64,000 nt of DNA from an uncultured Spirochaetota bacterium (GTDB lineage Bacteria; Spirochaetota; Brevinematia; Brevinematales; JAOACQ01). The stretch spans positions 800,001 to 864,000 of the forward strand of contig CAVYGN010000002.1 in the NCBI GenBank assembly GCA_963768055.1. Reading direction: 5' to 3'. This document shows positions 56,221-64,000 of this stretch, piece after piece. Position numbers and translations under genes: made by a program. Under the pieces are notes generated by a model. The model searched no databases. It was not told the DNA's origin and was given only the letters and a program-made list of their open reading frames with translations. The stretch's first letter is position 1; every line of letters starts with the position of its first letter.

Positions 56221-58851
56221 ATGAATAAAATCCTGTTTTTTTTATGGCTTTTATCCTTTCAATATTTTACCGCCAGTCTGTACTCTAACTCCGTAAATAT
56301 AACTCCCGTACCGGCATGGGTGGTTGAAGAGAAGATCGGAAGCGAGACCCGGTCGTTCAGCAACGAGGCCGATAGCGGGTATCAGTATTTACTGGTTGAC
56401 ACCCAGGAGAATACCCTTGAAGACACCTGCTATTCTCATGTTGTATATCAGATTGTTACCGAAGCCGGTGTTCAAAATGCTTCCGATATTTCAGTATCTT
56501 ACGATCCTTCATACCAGACCTTGTATTTCCATAAAATAAACATCATAAGAGGCAAAAATTCATATGATAAGCTCAATGCACTGAATTTTAAAACTATTCA
56601 AAGGGAAACCGACCTGGATAAATTCTTATATGACGGCAGGCTTTCCGCTGTTCTTTTTCTGGATGACGTTAGAAAAGGAGATATTATCGAGTATTCCTAT
56701 TCAATTAAAGGCAGGAACCCTATATTCAACCGGCGATGTTCCGAAACATTTTATCTTCAATACGGAATGTCCATAGCCAGGATCTGCAGCAGGTTATTGG
56801 TTCCCGAGGGAAGCAAAATCGCTATAAAAAATTTCAACACGGCAATTACTCCGGCTATCAAAAAAATAAACAATATTGTTGAATATTTATGGATTATAAA
56901 CGGACAAAAGCCCCTGCAGGAAAATGATAAGATTCCGTCATGGTGTGATCCTTACGCCAGGGTTCAGGTAAGCGGATACGGAAGCTGGTATGAAGTCTCA
57001 AGCTGGGCGCTCCCCCTTTACCGGAACCCTTCGCTCGGCAAGGAGTTGAAAGAAAAGATCGAAGAGATTAAAGCGAAATATGTTACTGATAAAGAGCGCA
57101 TAATTGAGTCAATCAGATTTGTCCAGGATAATATAAGGTATATGGGTATTGAAATGGGCCCCTATTCCCATAAACCGAATTCGCCGGATAGAGTTTTTAA
57201 ACAACGCTTCGGAGATTGTAAGGATAAAAGTCTTCTGCTTTGCACTATTCTAAATGAACTGGGGTTAAAGGCGTATCCGGTTCTGGTAAATACCGAAGAT
57301 AAAAACAATATTGCCGAGCTTTTGCCGTCTCCTTTTGATTTCAACCATGCCGTGGTTTTACTGTCGTTTCAGAATAAAAATTACTGGATCGACCCTACTA
57401 TCTCGTTCCAGCGGGGTAAGCTGGAGGAACTGTTTTTCCCGGATTACAGGAAAGGCCTTGTCATAAAGGACAACAGCTCTTACTTGATTGACATTCCTGA
57501 ATCCGGGCCCGGGCTGCTGCATGTAAGTGAATATTTTAAGCTTCAGGGAGAAAACAAACCGATGGAACTTATTGTTACAACCGTTCATGAAGGCATGCAG
57601 GCCGACGATTACAGGGATTTCCTCGCAAATAACAACCGGAATATTATCGAGAGAAAATACAGGGAATTTTATACTGGAATTTATAAATCGGTAGTTACTT
57701 CCAAACTGATGGAAATCAAGGATGATGAATATAACAACTCGATCATTACAAAAGAATACTATATTCTTTCAAATATCTGGACCTATGATAAAAAAGAGGG
57801 GCAATGGGAGGCGGATTTCTACCCGAGAATAATAGAAAACTATTTATCAAAACCTGAAACTCTTGACAGGACGATGCCTTTTGAAATTGCCTATCCCAAA
57901 CATGTCATTCAAACCATAAATATCCAGACCCCGGGAGATTGGGGCATCAAGCCGGAAGAATACAGGATTGACGACCGATCCTTCACTTACTCTTTTAAAA
58001 AAGAATATATTTCAAACGTTATAATAAAGACGTACGATTACCTTGCAAAAAAGGATTTTGTCCAGGCGGAGGATACAGGGGTTTATTTGAAAAATATAAA
58101 CAGGATAGATGATTCACTGGATTTTTATTTATCAGTTCCTGAAAGTATGTCCGAGGCAAATACAAGTAATTTTATTGTAATTTTAGTTTCCCTGTTTTCG
58201 GCTTTTTCACTGGTTTATTTATTTGTCAGGTACTTTAAGGCGAGAAAGAAAAGGGACGATTCCCTGCAGCTGGGTAGAATGTTCTGGGCCAGGCGGCTAT
58301 TCGGCGGAATATTGATGGGAAATAAATTGAAAAAAGCGGTTTACATGGCCCAAAAAATAAATAACGCCTATCAATTCAATGAATTAGCCCTTCTTTACAT
58401 CAAAGCGGGCGATTTGAAAAAGGCTTTAACAACATTTCAAAATGCACTGGCTAAAGAGCCTCAAAATTGCGATTCTTTGTGGGGATTGGCAGCCATCGAA
58501 TTTTACCGGAAAAATTACCCGGAAGCAGGTAATATATTGACAAGTTTATTGAATATAGATTATTCCTACAGGTATGGGGATGCGTCGCTTTATTTGATAA
58601 GGGTGCTGAACCTCCGGAATGAAAACAGCAGACTGGATGATATGCTTGTAAAGCATTTAAAAAAATGGCCAACAACCGAAGTGAAATATTACTATGCCCG
58701 GCGTCTTTTCAACTGTAACGACAAGGCTCATGCCAGGGAAGTATTGGAAGAGATAATAAACGATGAGATGATCTCACCGCCGTTTGAACGGACGAAAAAC
58801 AGGGCTTTTCTCCGAAAGGCAAAGTCTCTGCTTTCAAAGGTAAGCAAATAA
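56221..58851 (+). CDS. DUF3857 + transglutaminase-like domain protein with TM and C-terminal TPR region
   Basis: P.PAWV, DVRKGDIIEYSY, RFVQDNIRY, FGDCKDKS (Cys), FNHAV (His), WIDPT (Asp); TPR-like LALLY...AL..FQNAL..EP. Confidence 0.85.
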   Translation: MNKILFFLWLLSFQYFTASLYSNSVNITPVPAWVVEEKIGSETRSFSNEADSGYQYLLVDTQENTLEDTCYSHVVYQIVTEAGVQNASDISVSYDPSYQTLYFHKINIIRGKNSYDKLNALNFKTIQRETDLDKFLYDGRLSAVLFLDDVRKGDIIEYSYSIKGRNPIFNRRCSETFYLQYGMSIARICSRLLVPEGSKIAIKNFNTAITPAIKKINNIVEYLWIINGQKPLQENDKIPSWCDPYARVQVSGYGSWYEVSSWALPLYRNPSLGKELKEKIEEIKAKYVTDKERIIESIRFVQDNIRYMGIEMGPYSHKPNSPDRVFKQRFGDCKDKSLLLCTILNELGLKAYPVLVNTEDKNNIAELLPSPFDFNHAVVLLSFQNKNYWIDPTISFQRGKLEELFFPDYRKGLVIKDNSSYLIDIPESGPGLLHVSEYFKLQGENKPMELIVTTVHEGMQADDYRDFLANNNRNIIERKYREFYTGIYKSVVTSKLMEIKDDEYNNSIITKEYYILSNIWTYDKKEGQWEADFYPRIIENYLSKPETLDRTMPFEIAYPKHVIQTINIQTPGDWGIKPEEYRIDDRSFTYSFKKEYISNVIIKTYDYLAKKDFVQAEDTGVYLKNINRIDDSLDFYLSVPESMSEANTSNFIVILVSLFSAFSLVYLFVRYFKARKKRDDSLQLGRMFWARRLFGGILMGNKLKKAVYMAQKINNAYQFNELALLYIKAGDLKKALTTFQNALAKEPQNCDSLWGLAAIEFYRKNYPEAGNILTSLLNIDYSYRYGDASLYLIRVLNLRNENSRLDDMLVKHLKKWPTTEVKYYYARRLFNCNDKAHAREVLEEIINDEMISPPFERTKNRAFLRKAKSLLSKVSK

Positions 58852-58873
58852 CTTTCCGGAAACAGAGTCAAGT

Positions 58874-59347
58874 TTACTTATCGAATGAAATGTCGTCGGG
58901 CAGTTCGTTCAGGTCACCGGGCTTATGAGGAAAATGCTCCTTCAAGGCGGCGGCGATGCGGCCTATGCCGTACTCGATCCCGCCCGCAAAGTCGTCGTTC
59001 CTGAAATGGCTTTCCATTTTTGCCGAGATCTCCTTCCAGCATTCGTCGCCCATTTTCCCGTGTATGCCGCTGTCGCCGAGAATCGCGAATTGCCTGTTTT
59101 TTATTGCAAAATAGATAAGAACGCCGTTCCTGTGCTTTGTAAGAGTCATGCCTATCCGTTCGAAAGTTCGGGATGCGGCATGCATCAATTGCCCGTTGAC
59201 CCTTTTGGCGATATGTACCCGGATCTCTCCCGATGTCTGGCTTTCAGCTTCCTTGATGCTTTTAACAATATATTCTTTTTCTTTTGTTGAAAAGAAGTAA
59301 TAGGGATGGGACGATCTTTTCACAACTGATTTTTTACCATCCTCCAC
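58874..59347 (-). CDS. TPM-domain protein (short form)
   Basis: I.EAE..TSGEIRVHI, RNGVLIY, ILGDSGI, NELPDDIS. Confidence 0.88.
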   Translation of the reverse strand: MEDGKKSVVKRSSHPYYFFSTKEKEYIVKSIKEAESQTSGEIRVHIAKRVNGQLMHAASRTFERIGMTLTKHRNGVLIYFAIKNRQFAILGDSGIHGKMGDECWKEISAKMESHFRNDDFAGGIEYGIGRIAAALKEHFPHKPGDLNELPDDISFDK

Positions 59348-60194
59348 TTGACCCTCCTCCTCCGAAGCTTCCTCCGCCTCCGCCGCTGAAACCGCCCCCT
59401 CCGCCCCAGCCGCTTCCTCCGCCGCTGAAGCCGCCCCTGCCGCCGCGCATTAAGAACATGTAGAAAATCAGCTTTAATATTGCAAGGGCTATACTGAAAA
59501 TAATAAGCCATTCAAAAAAAGAATACCGGTGGGCATAATTTTTCCGGTTTGAAGCGTATGAGCCGTATCTTATAAGGTCGATTAAAAAAAGCAGAACGAA
59601 TAGTCCCGCTATTATCATGACAATTTTTATTATTTTCTCCCTGTTTAGAGTGTAAAACCCCTGGTCCTGCCCGGAGGATTCCCTGCTTACCGCGTTTTCC
59701 CCTCCGGTGAGCTTTTTAACTATTGACGAAACGCCGGCCGTTATCCCGCCGTCGTAATCGCCGGATTTGAAATAGGGGGCTATAACATTACGGATTATGT
59801 AGGATGCCTCGGCGTCGGGAAGGTCTCCCTCGAGGCCGTACCCCACCTCTATCCGCATTTTTCTTTCCTGTTTAAAAATAACGAGGATTATCCCGTTATC
59901 CTTGCCCTTTTGCCCTATTTTCCATTTTTCTGCAAGCCTGATCGAAAAATCCTCAAGGGATTCCTGTTCGAGTGAGGGAAAAGTCGCTATAACTATCTGA
60001 TCCCCGGTCCTGCCCTCGAAATCCGCGAGATAATTCTCTATATTGTCTTTTGCGTCCTGTGAAAGCATGTTCGCGTAATCGTTCACCCTAGCCTCTGGGG
60101 CAGCCGGGACTTGCAGGGAAAACCCGGAAATATAAATGAAAATCAGGGCCAGGACCGATAATACCGCTGTTTTAATGAGGCAAGGTTTAAACAT
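59334..60194 (-). CDS. TPM-domain (YgcG-like) membrane protein
   Basis: VNDYANML, WKIGQKGKDNG, RIEVGYGLEG, Gly-rich tail FSGGGGGSFGGGGSSGGW. Confidence 0.9.
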   Translation of the reverse strand: MFKPCLIKTAVLSVLALIFIYISGFSLQVPAAPEARVNDYANMLSQDAKDNIENYLADFEGRTGDQIVIATFPSLEQESLEDFSIRLAEKWKIGQKGKDNGIILVIFKQERKMRIEVGYGLEGDLPDAEASYIIRNVIAPYFKSGDYDGGITAGVSSIVKKLTGGENAVSRESSGQDQGFYTLNREKIIKIVMIIAGLFVLLFLIDLIRYGSYASNRKNYAHRYSFFEWLIIFSIALAILKLIFYMFLMRGGRGGFSGGGSGWGGGGGFSGGGGGSFGGGGSSGGW

Positions 60195-60799
60195 TAAAAT
60201 TTCACCTTGGGAGCGGTCTTCGCCCCTTCTTCAGCCTGGAAGTATGCTTTTTCCTGCATTCCGGCCATATTGGCTATTATAAATGCCGGAAAGCTGCGCC
60301 TTAAAGTGTTGAATGCCTGGGCCGCTTCATTGTAGCGCATTCTCTCGACCGTTATCCGGTTCTCCGTGCCTTCAAGCTGGGACTGGAGTTCCAGGAAATT
60401 CTCATTTGCCTTAAGCTGGGGATAATTTTCGACGACAACCATCAGCCTTGAAAGGGCGCCCGAAAGGTCTCCCTGCGCCGCCTGGAATTTTTTGAAATTT
60501 TCCGGGTTATTTATCATGTTTGCGTCTACATTCATTGACCCTACACGGCTCCTTGCATCGACTACGGCCTGGAGGGTGTCTTTTTCATGTTTGGCGTAAC
60601 CCTTTACAGTCTCGACAAGGTTTGGTATAAGATCTGCCCTTCTCTGGTATACGCTTTCCACCTGCCCCCATTGGGCTTTTACAGCCTCGTCAAGTTTAAC
60701 AAGCCTGTTGTAATTTCCGCCGGTCAAACTGTAAATGATAAATCCCAGGATTATAACTATCCCCAGGATTATCAATCCTGTCTGCATTCCTTTTGACAT
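60194..60799 (-). CDS. lemA: LemA family protein
   Basis: YQRRADLIPNLV, ENYPQLKAN, QLEGTENRI. Confidence 0.95.
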   Translation of the reverse strand: MSKGMQTGLIILGIVIILGFIIYSLTGGNYNRLVKLDEAVKAQWGQVESVYQRRADLIPNLVETVKGYAKHEKDTLQAVVDARSRVGSMNVDANMINNPENFKKFQAAQGDLSGALSRLMVVVENYPQLKANENFLELQSQLEGTENRITVERMRYNEAAQAFNTLRRSFPAFIIANMAGMQEKAYFQAEEGAKTAPKVKF

Positions 60800-61007
60800 A
60801 AACTCTCCTTAAATTAGTCTTATTAATGGCACTTTTAATAAATCGAGCATAACGCCTTTGAGAGGTAATTATATGTGTCAGTTATTGAATTTAATATAAA
60901 ATGGCGATTAAATCAAGAAATACCTCTGTTTTAGGGGCAAAGTTTGAGCTTTTGCTTTATAATAAACTGCCCTTTTAAAACCGGGCAAATATAATCAGGG
61001 TTTATAA

Positions 61008-62831
61008 ATGATACAGGTTAGAGACCTTAATAAATCGTACGGTTCAGAAAATCTTCTTGATAATATAAGCTTCAATCTAAATTCAGGCGAACACTGCGGG
61101 CTTGTGGGCAGGAACGGGTGCGGCAAGACGACCCTCCTTCGTATGATCGCCGGCCTCGAGGAAAAAGATTCCGGTTCCATTTCAGTACCCCGGAATTATA
61201 CCATAGGCTACCTTGACCAGAGGATAAAATTCTCGCGTCCGACGGTCCTCGAAGAAGCCTGCCGGGGCCTTCCTCCCGATCATAAAAACGATACCTGGAT
61301 GGCCGAAAAACTTCTCGCGGGTCTGGGGTTCAGTATCGAGGATATGGATAGAGATCCCCTTATTTTCTCCGGCGGTTACCAGGTAAGAATACAGCTCGCC
61401 AGGACCCTGGCGGGGAACCCGAACCTCCTGCTTCTCGACGAACCGACGAATTATCTTGACATTGTTTCAATAAGATGGCTGTCCCGCTTTCTAAAAGATT
61501 GGAAAAAAGAATTCATCCTTATTACCCACGACAGGAGCTTCATGGACAGTGTAACGACCCATACAATGGGCATACACCGGAGGAAAATAAGGAAGATCGA
61601 AGGGGACACCGAGAAACTTTACAACCAGTTGATCAAAGAAGAAGAGATCTATGAAAAGACAAGGGTGAACGATGAAAAAAAGAGAAAAGAGGTTGAACTG
61701 TTCATTTCGCGCTTCAGGGCGAAGGCGAGGCTTGGGGGGTTGGTACAGTCGAGGGTAAAATTGCTTGAGAAGAACAGGAAGCTTGAAAAACTTGAAAAGA
61801 TGAAAACCCTGGAATTTTCTTTCAGGGAAGCGCAAACGCCCGCGAAGTGGGTCCTTGAAACGAGGGAGATCACATTTTCATATAACGGAAAAACTCCTTA
61901 TATTATAGACAGGTTTAATTTAACTGTGGGAAAAAACGACAGGATCGGGATCGTCGGCAAAAACGGCGCGGGAAAATCGACCCTTATCAGGCTTCTCACC
62001 GAAAATCTTGCGCCCGTAGAGGGTGAACTCAGGTATTATCCCGGCATTAAAAAGGGGTATTTCGCGCAGACTAATATTGACGGGCTCGATCCCTCCAGAA
62101 CGGTCGTAGAAGAGATTCAGTTTTCACATCCGGAACATGATATCCAGGCAGCCAGGGACATCAGCGGGGCAATGCTTTTCGAGGGCGACAACGCCCTGAA
62201 AAGGGTATCCGTTCTTTCGGGGGGCGAAAAAAGCCGCGTTCTTCTGGGAAAACTCATTGTATCGCCGACCCATCTCCTGCTCCTCGATGAACCAACGAAC
62301 CATCTTGACATGGAAAGCTGCGATTCGCTTGTATCCGCGCTTGACGCTTTTGACGGCGCGGTGATAATAGTCACCCATAACGAGATGTTCCTCAATGCAC
62401 TGACAAACAGGCTTATAGTTTTCGACCGGGGAAAGGTTACTCTTTTTGAAGGTAATTACAGGGACTTTCTTATTGATATAGGCTGGTCCTCCGAAGAGAA
62501 CATGAACAATAAAGGGGAGATAAATCCGGCCGGGAAAAAAGCCATCCGAAGAGCAAGGGCGGAGATCGTCAGGGAAAGGTCGAAAGCCGTAAGGCCTATC
62601 GAGGAAAAAATAAAGGAAACCGAAATCGCCATAAGCCTTCTGGAAGAAGAGTTAAGTAAAGACAACCAGCTTGCAATAGAGGCTTCGATAAAAGGCGACG
62701 GCAGCCTTGTGGCAGCTATCTCCAAAAAAATAAGCGGGGCGCGCTCAATGCTCGATTCCCTCTACGAATCATGGGAGGGCCTGCATGGCAGGTATGAGGA
62801 AGCGCTTAAAAGGTTTACAGAGGAGGTTTGA
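61008..62831 (+). CDS. ABC-F family ATPase
   Basis: Two ABC domains (GRNGCGKT/FSGG/LLLDEPTN and GKNGAGKS/LSGGE/LLLDEPTN), no TM segments, C-terminal coiled coil. Confidence 0.92.
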   Translation: MIQVRDLNKSYGSENLLDNISFNLNSGEHCGLVGRNGCGKTTLLRMIAGLEEKDSGSISVPRNYTIGYLDQRIKFSRPTVLEEACRGLPPDHKNDTWMAEKLLAGLGFSIEDMDRDPLIFSGGYQVRIQLARTLAGNPNLLLLDEPTNYLDIVSIRWLSRFLKDWKKEFILITHDRSFMDSVTTHTMGIHRRKIRKIEGDTEKLYNQLIKEEEIYEKTRVNDEKKRKEVELFISRFRAKARLGGLVQSRVKLLEKNRKLEKLEKMKTLEFSFREAQTPAKWVLETREITFSYNGKTPYIIDRFNLTVGKNDRIGIVGKNGAGKSTLIRLLTENLAPVEGELRYYPGIKKGYFAQTNIDGLDPSRTVVEEIQFSHPEHDIQAARDISGAMLFEGDNALKRVSVLSGGEKSRVLLGKLIVSPTHLLLLDEPTNHLDMESCDSLVSALDAFDGAVIIVTHNEMFLNALTNRLIVFDRGKVTLFEGNYRDFLIDIGWSSEENMNNKGEINPAGKKAIRRARAEIVRERSKAVRPIEEKIKETEIAISLLEEELSKDNQLAIEASIKGDGSLVAAISKKISGARSMLDSLYESWEGLHGRYEEALKRFTEEV

Positions 62832-64000
62832 TGACGCGTTTTTTTAACAGTATGACGAGGCGGATCGAGGATTTCATACCAATTAATAAAGGCCAGGTAA
62901 AGCTTTATACATGCGGGCCTACGGTTTATAATACGCCTCATATCGGAAACCTCAGGACTTTTATGTTCGAGGACCTCCTCCACAGATGGCTTCTTTACCG
63001 GGGTTATACGGTTCATCATGTTATGAATATCACCGACGTGGATGATAAAACCATTAAGAATTCCATCAGTAAAAATATGAGTTTGAGTGATTATACGGAT
63101 ATTTATAAGAAAGAGTTTTTCGATTCGTTAAAACAGCTTAACATAAAGCCCGCTGAAAATTATCCCGCCGCGACGGATTACATTCCGGATATGATAAAGA
63201 TGATCGAAGGGCTCGTCGGGAAGGGATACGCTTACGAGACTGAGGACGGGGTGTATTTCAAGGTGTCTTCTTTTAAGGATTACGGGAAACTGGCCCATAT
63301 AGACAGGTCGGCCCTGCTAGCCGGCGCAAGCGGAAGGGTCAATAGCGACGAATATTCCAAGGATGAGATCCCGGATTTTGCATTATGGAAAAAATGGACG
63401 AAAGAGGACGGGGAGGTCAGGTGGCCCTCGCCCTTCGGGGACGGGAGGCCCGGCTGGCATATAGAATGTTCCGTGATGAGCATGAAGCTCCTGGGCTACC
63501 CTATAGATATGCATTGCGGAGGTGTCGACAACCTTTTCCCGCATCATGAGAATGAGATAGCCCAGAGCGAATCCTTTACCGGTTCTAAATTCGTGAATTA
63601 CTGGATGCATTCCGTCCACCTCCTCGTCGACGGCGAAAAGATGTCCAAATCGAAGGGAAATTTTTACACTATAAAAGACCTGGCCGGCAAAGGCTATACA
63701 TGCAGAGCGCTAAGATACGCGCTGCTGGGGGCTCATTACAGGAAGCCCCTTAATTTTACCTTCGATCTCCTGAAGCAGGCCGATTCCTCGCTTAAAAGGA
63801 TCGACGATTTCGTTTTCGATCTTGGGAAAATTACCGGTAAAGGCAGTAAGGGCGAGGATTTATCCGGGGCCCTGGAAAAGGCCTCAGCCGGTTTCGAGGC
63901 CGCGCTCGACGACGACCTGAACATATCGGAAGGGCTTTCCTCCCTTTTCGGGCTTATAACTTATTATTACGAACATAAAAGCTCGGCCGCAGTGAAAAAC
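62831..64000 (+). CDS. cysS: Cysteinyl-tRNA synthetase, truncated by the right window edge
   Basis: Manual translation: YTCGPTVYNTPHIGN, NITDVDDK, DFALWK, GRPGWHIECS, FPHHENE, KMSKS. Confidence 0.97.
   Translation, partial: MTRFFNSMTRRIEDFIPINKGQVKLYTCGPTVYNTPHIGNLRTFMFEDLLHRWLLYRGYTVHHVMNITDVDDKTIKNSISKNMSLSDYTDIYKKEFFDSLKQLNIKPAENYPAATDYIPDMIKMIEGLVGKGYAYETEDGVYFKVSSFKDYGKLAHIDRSALLAGASGRVNSDEYSKDEIPDFALWKKWTKEDGEVRWPSPFGDGRPGWHIECSVMSMKLLGYPIDMHCGGVDNLFPHHENEIAQSESFTGSKFVNYWMHSVHLLVDGEKMSKSKGNFYTIKDLAGKGYTCRALRYALLGAHYRKPLNFTFDLLKQADSSLKRIDDFVFDLGKITGKGSKGEDLSGALEKASAGFEAALDDDLNISEGLSSLFGLITYYYEHKSSAAVKN

Overview
This is a 64-kb chromosomal segment of an AT-rich, flagellated bacterium. 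It is probably a deep-branching spirochaete (inferred from the fliK-flgD-flgE-flbD order and overall gene content; the 16S should be classified to confirm). Core content: rpsB-tsf-pyrH-rsmD-tsaB, aspS-metX-metW-acyP, a complete rRNA operon (16S-tRNA-Ile-tRNA-Ala-23S-5S), tRNA-Gly/Leu/Cys, mraY, gyrA-pyrB-recJ-holB, thrS-infC-rpmI-rplT, an ECF sigma/FecR pair, hook genes, lemA-TPM genes, an ABC-F ATPase and partial cysS. The most striking feature is a ~10.4-kb accessory block (40.3-50.8 kb) attached to the 3' end of tRNA-Leu(TAA). In it, unrelated genes and truncated gene fragments are separated by same-orientation, degenerate copies of the last ~18 nt of that tRNA (best copy 17/18). No integrase is present in the window, so it looks like an integron-like, tRNA-anchored cassette array. 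Other notable items: a RecJ with an internal DEDDh 3'-5' exonuclease domain, a metX that apparently starts at AUA in frame with aspS, a CHAT-like protease in a putative sigma28 operon, and several deletion scars and pseudogenes. All family calls come from motif recognition by eye; no searches were run.
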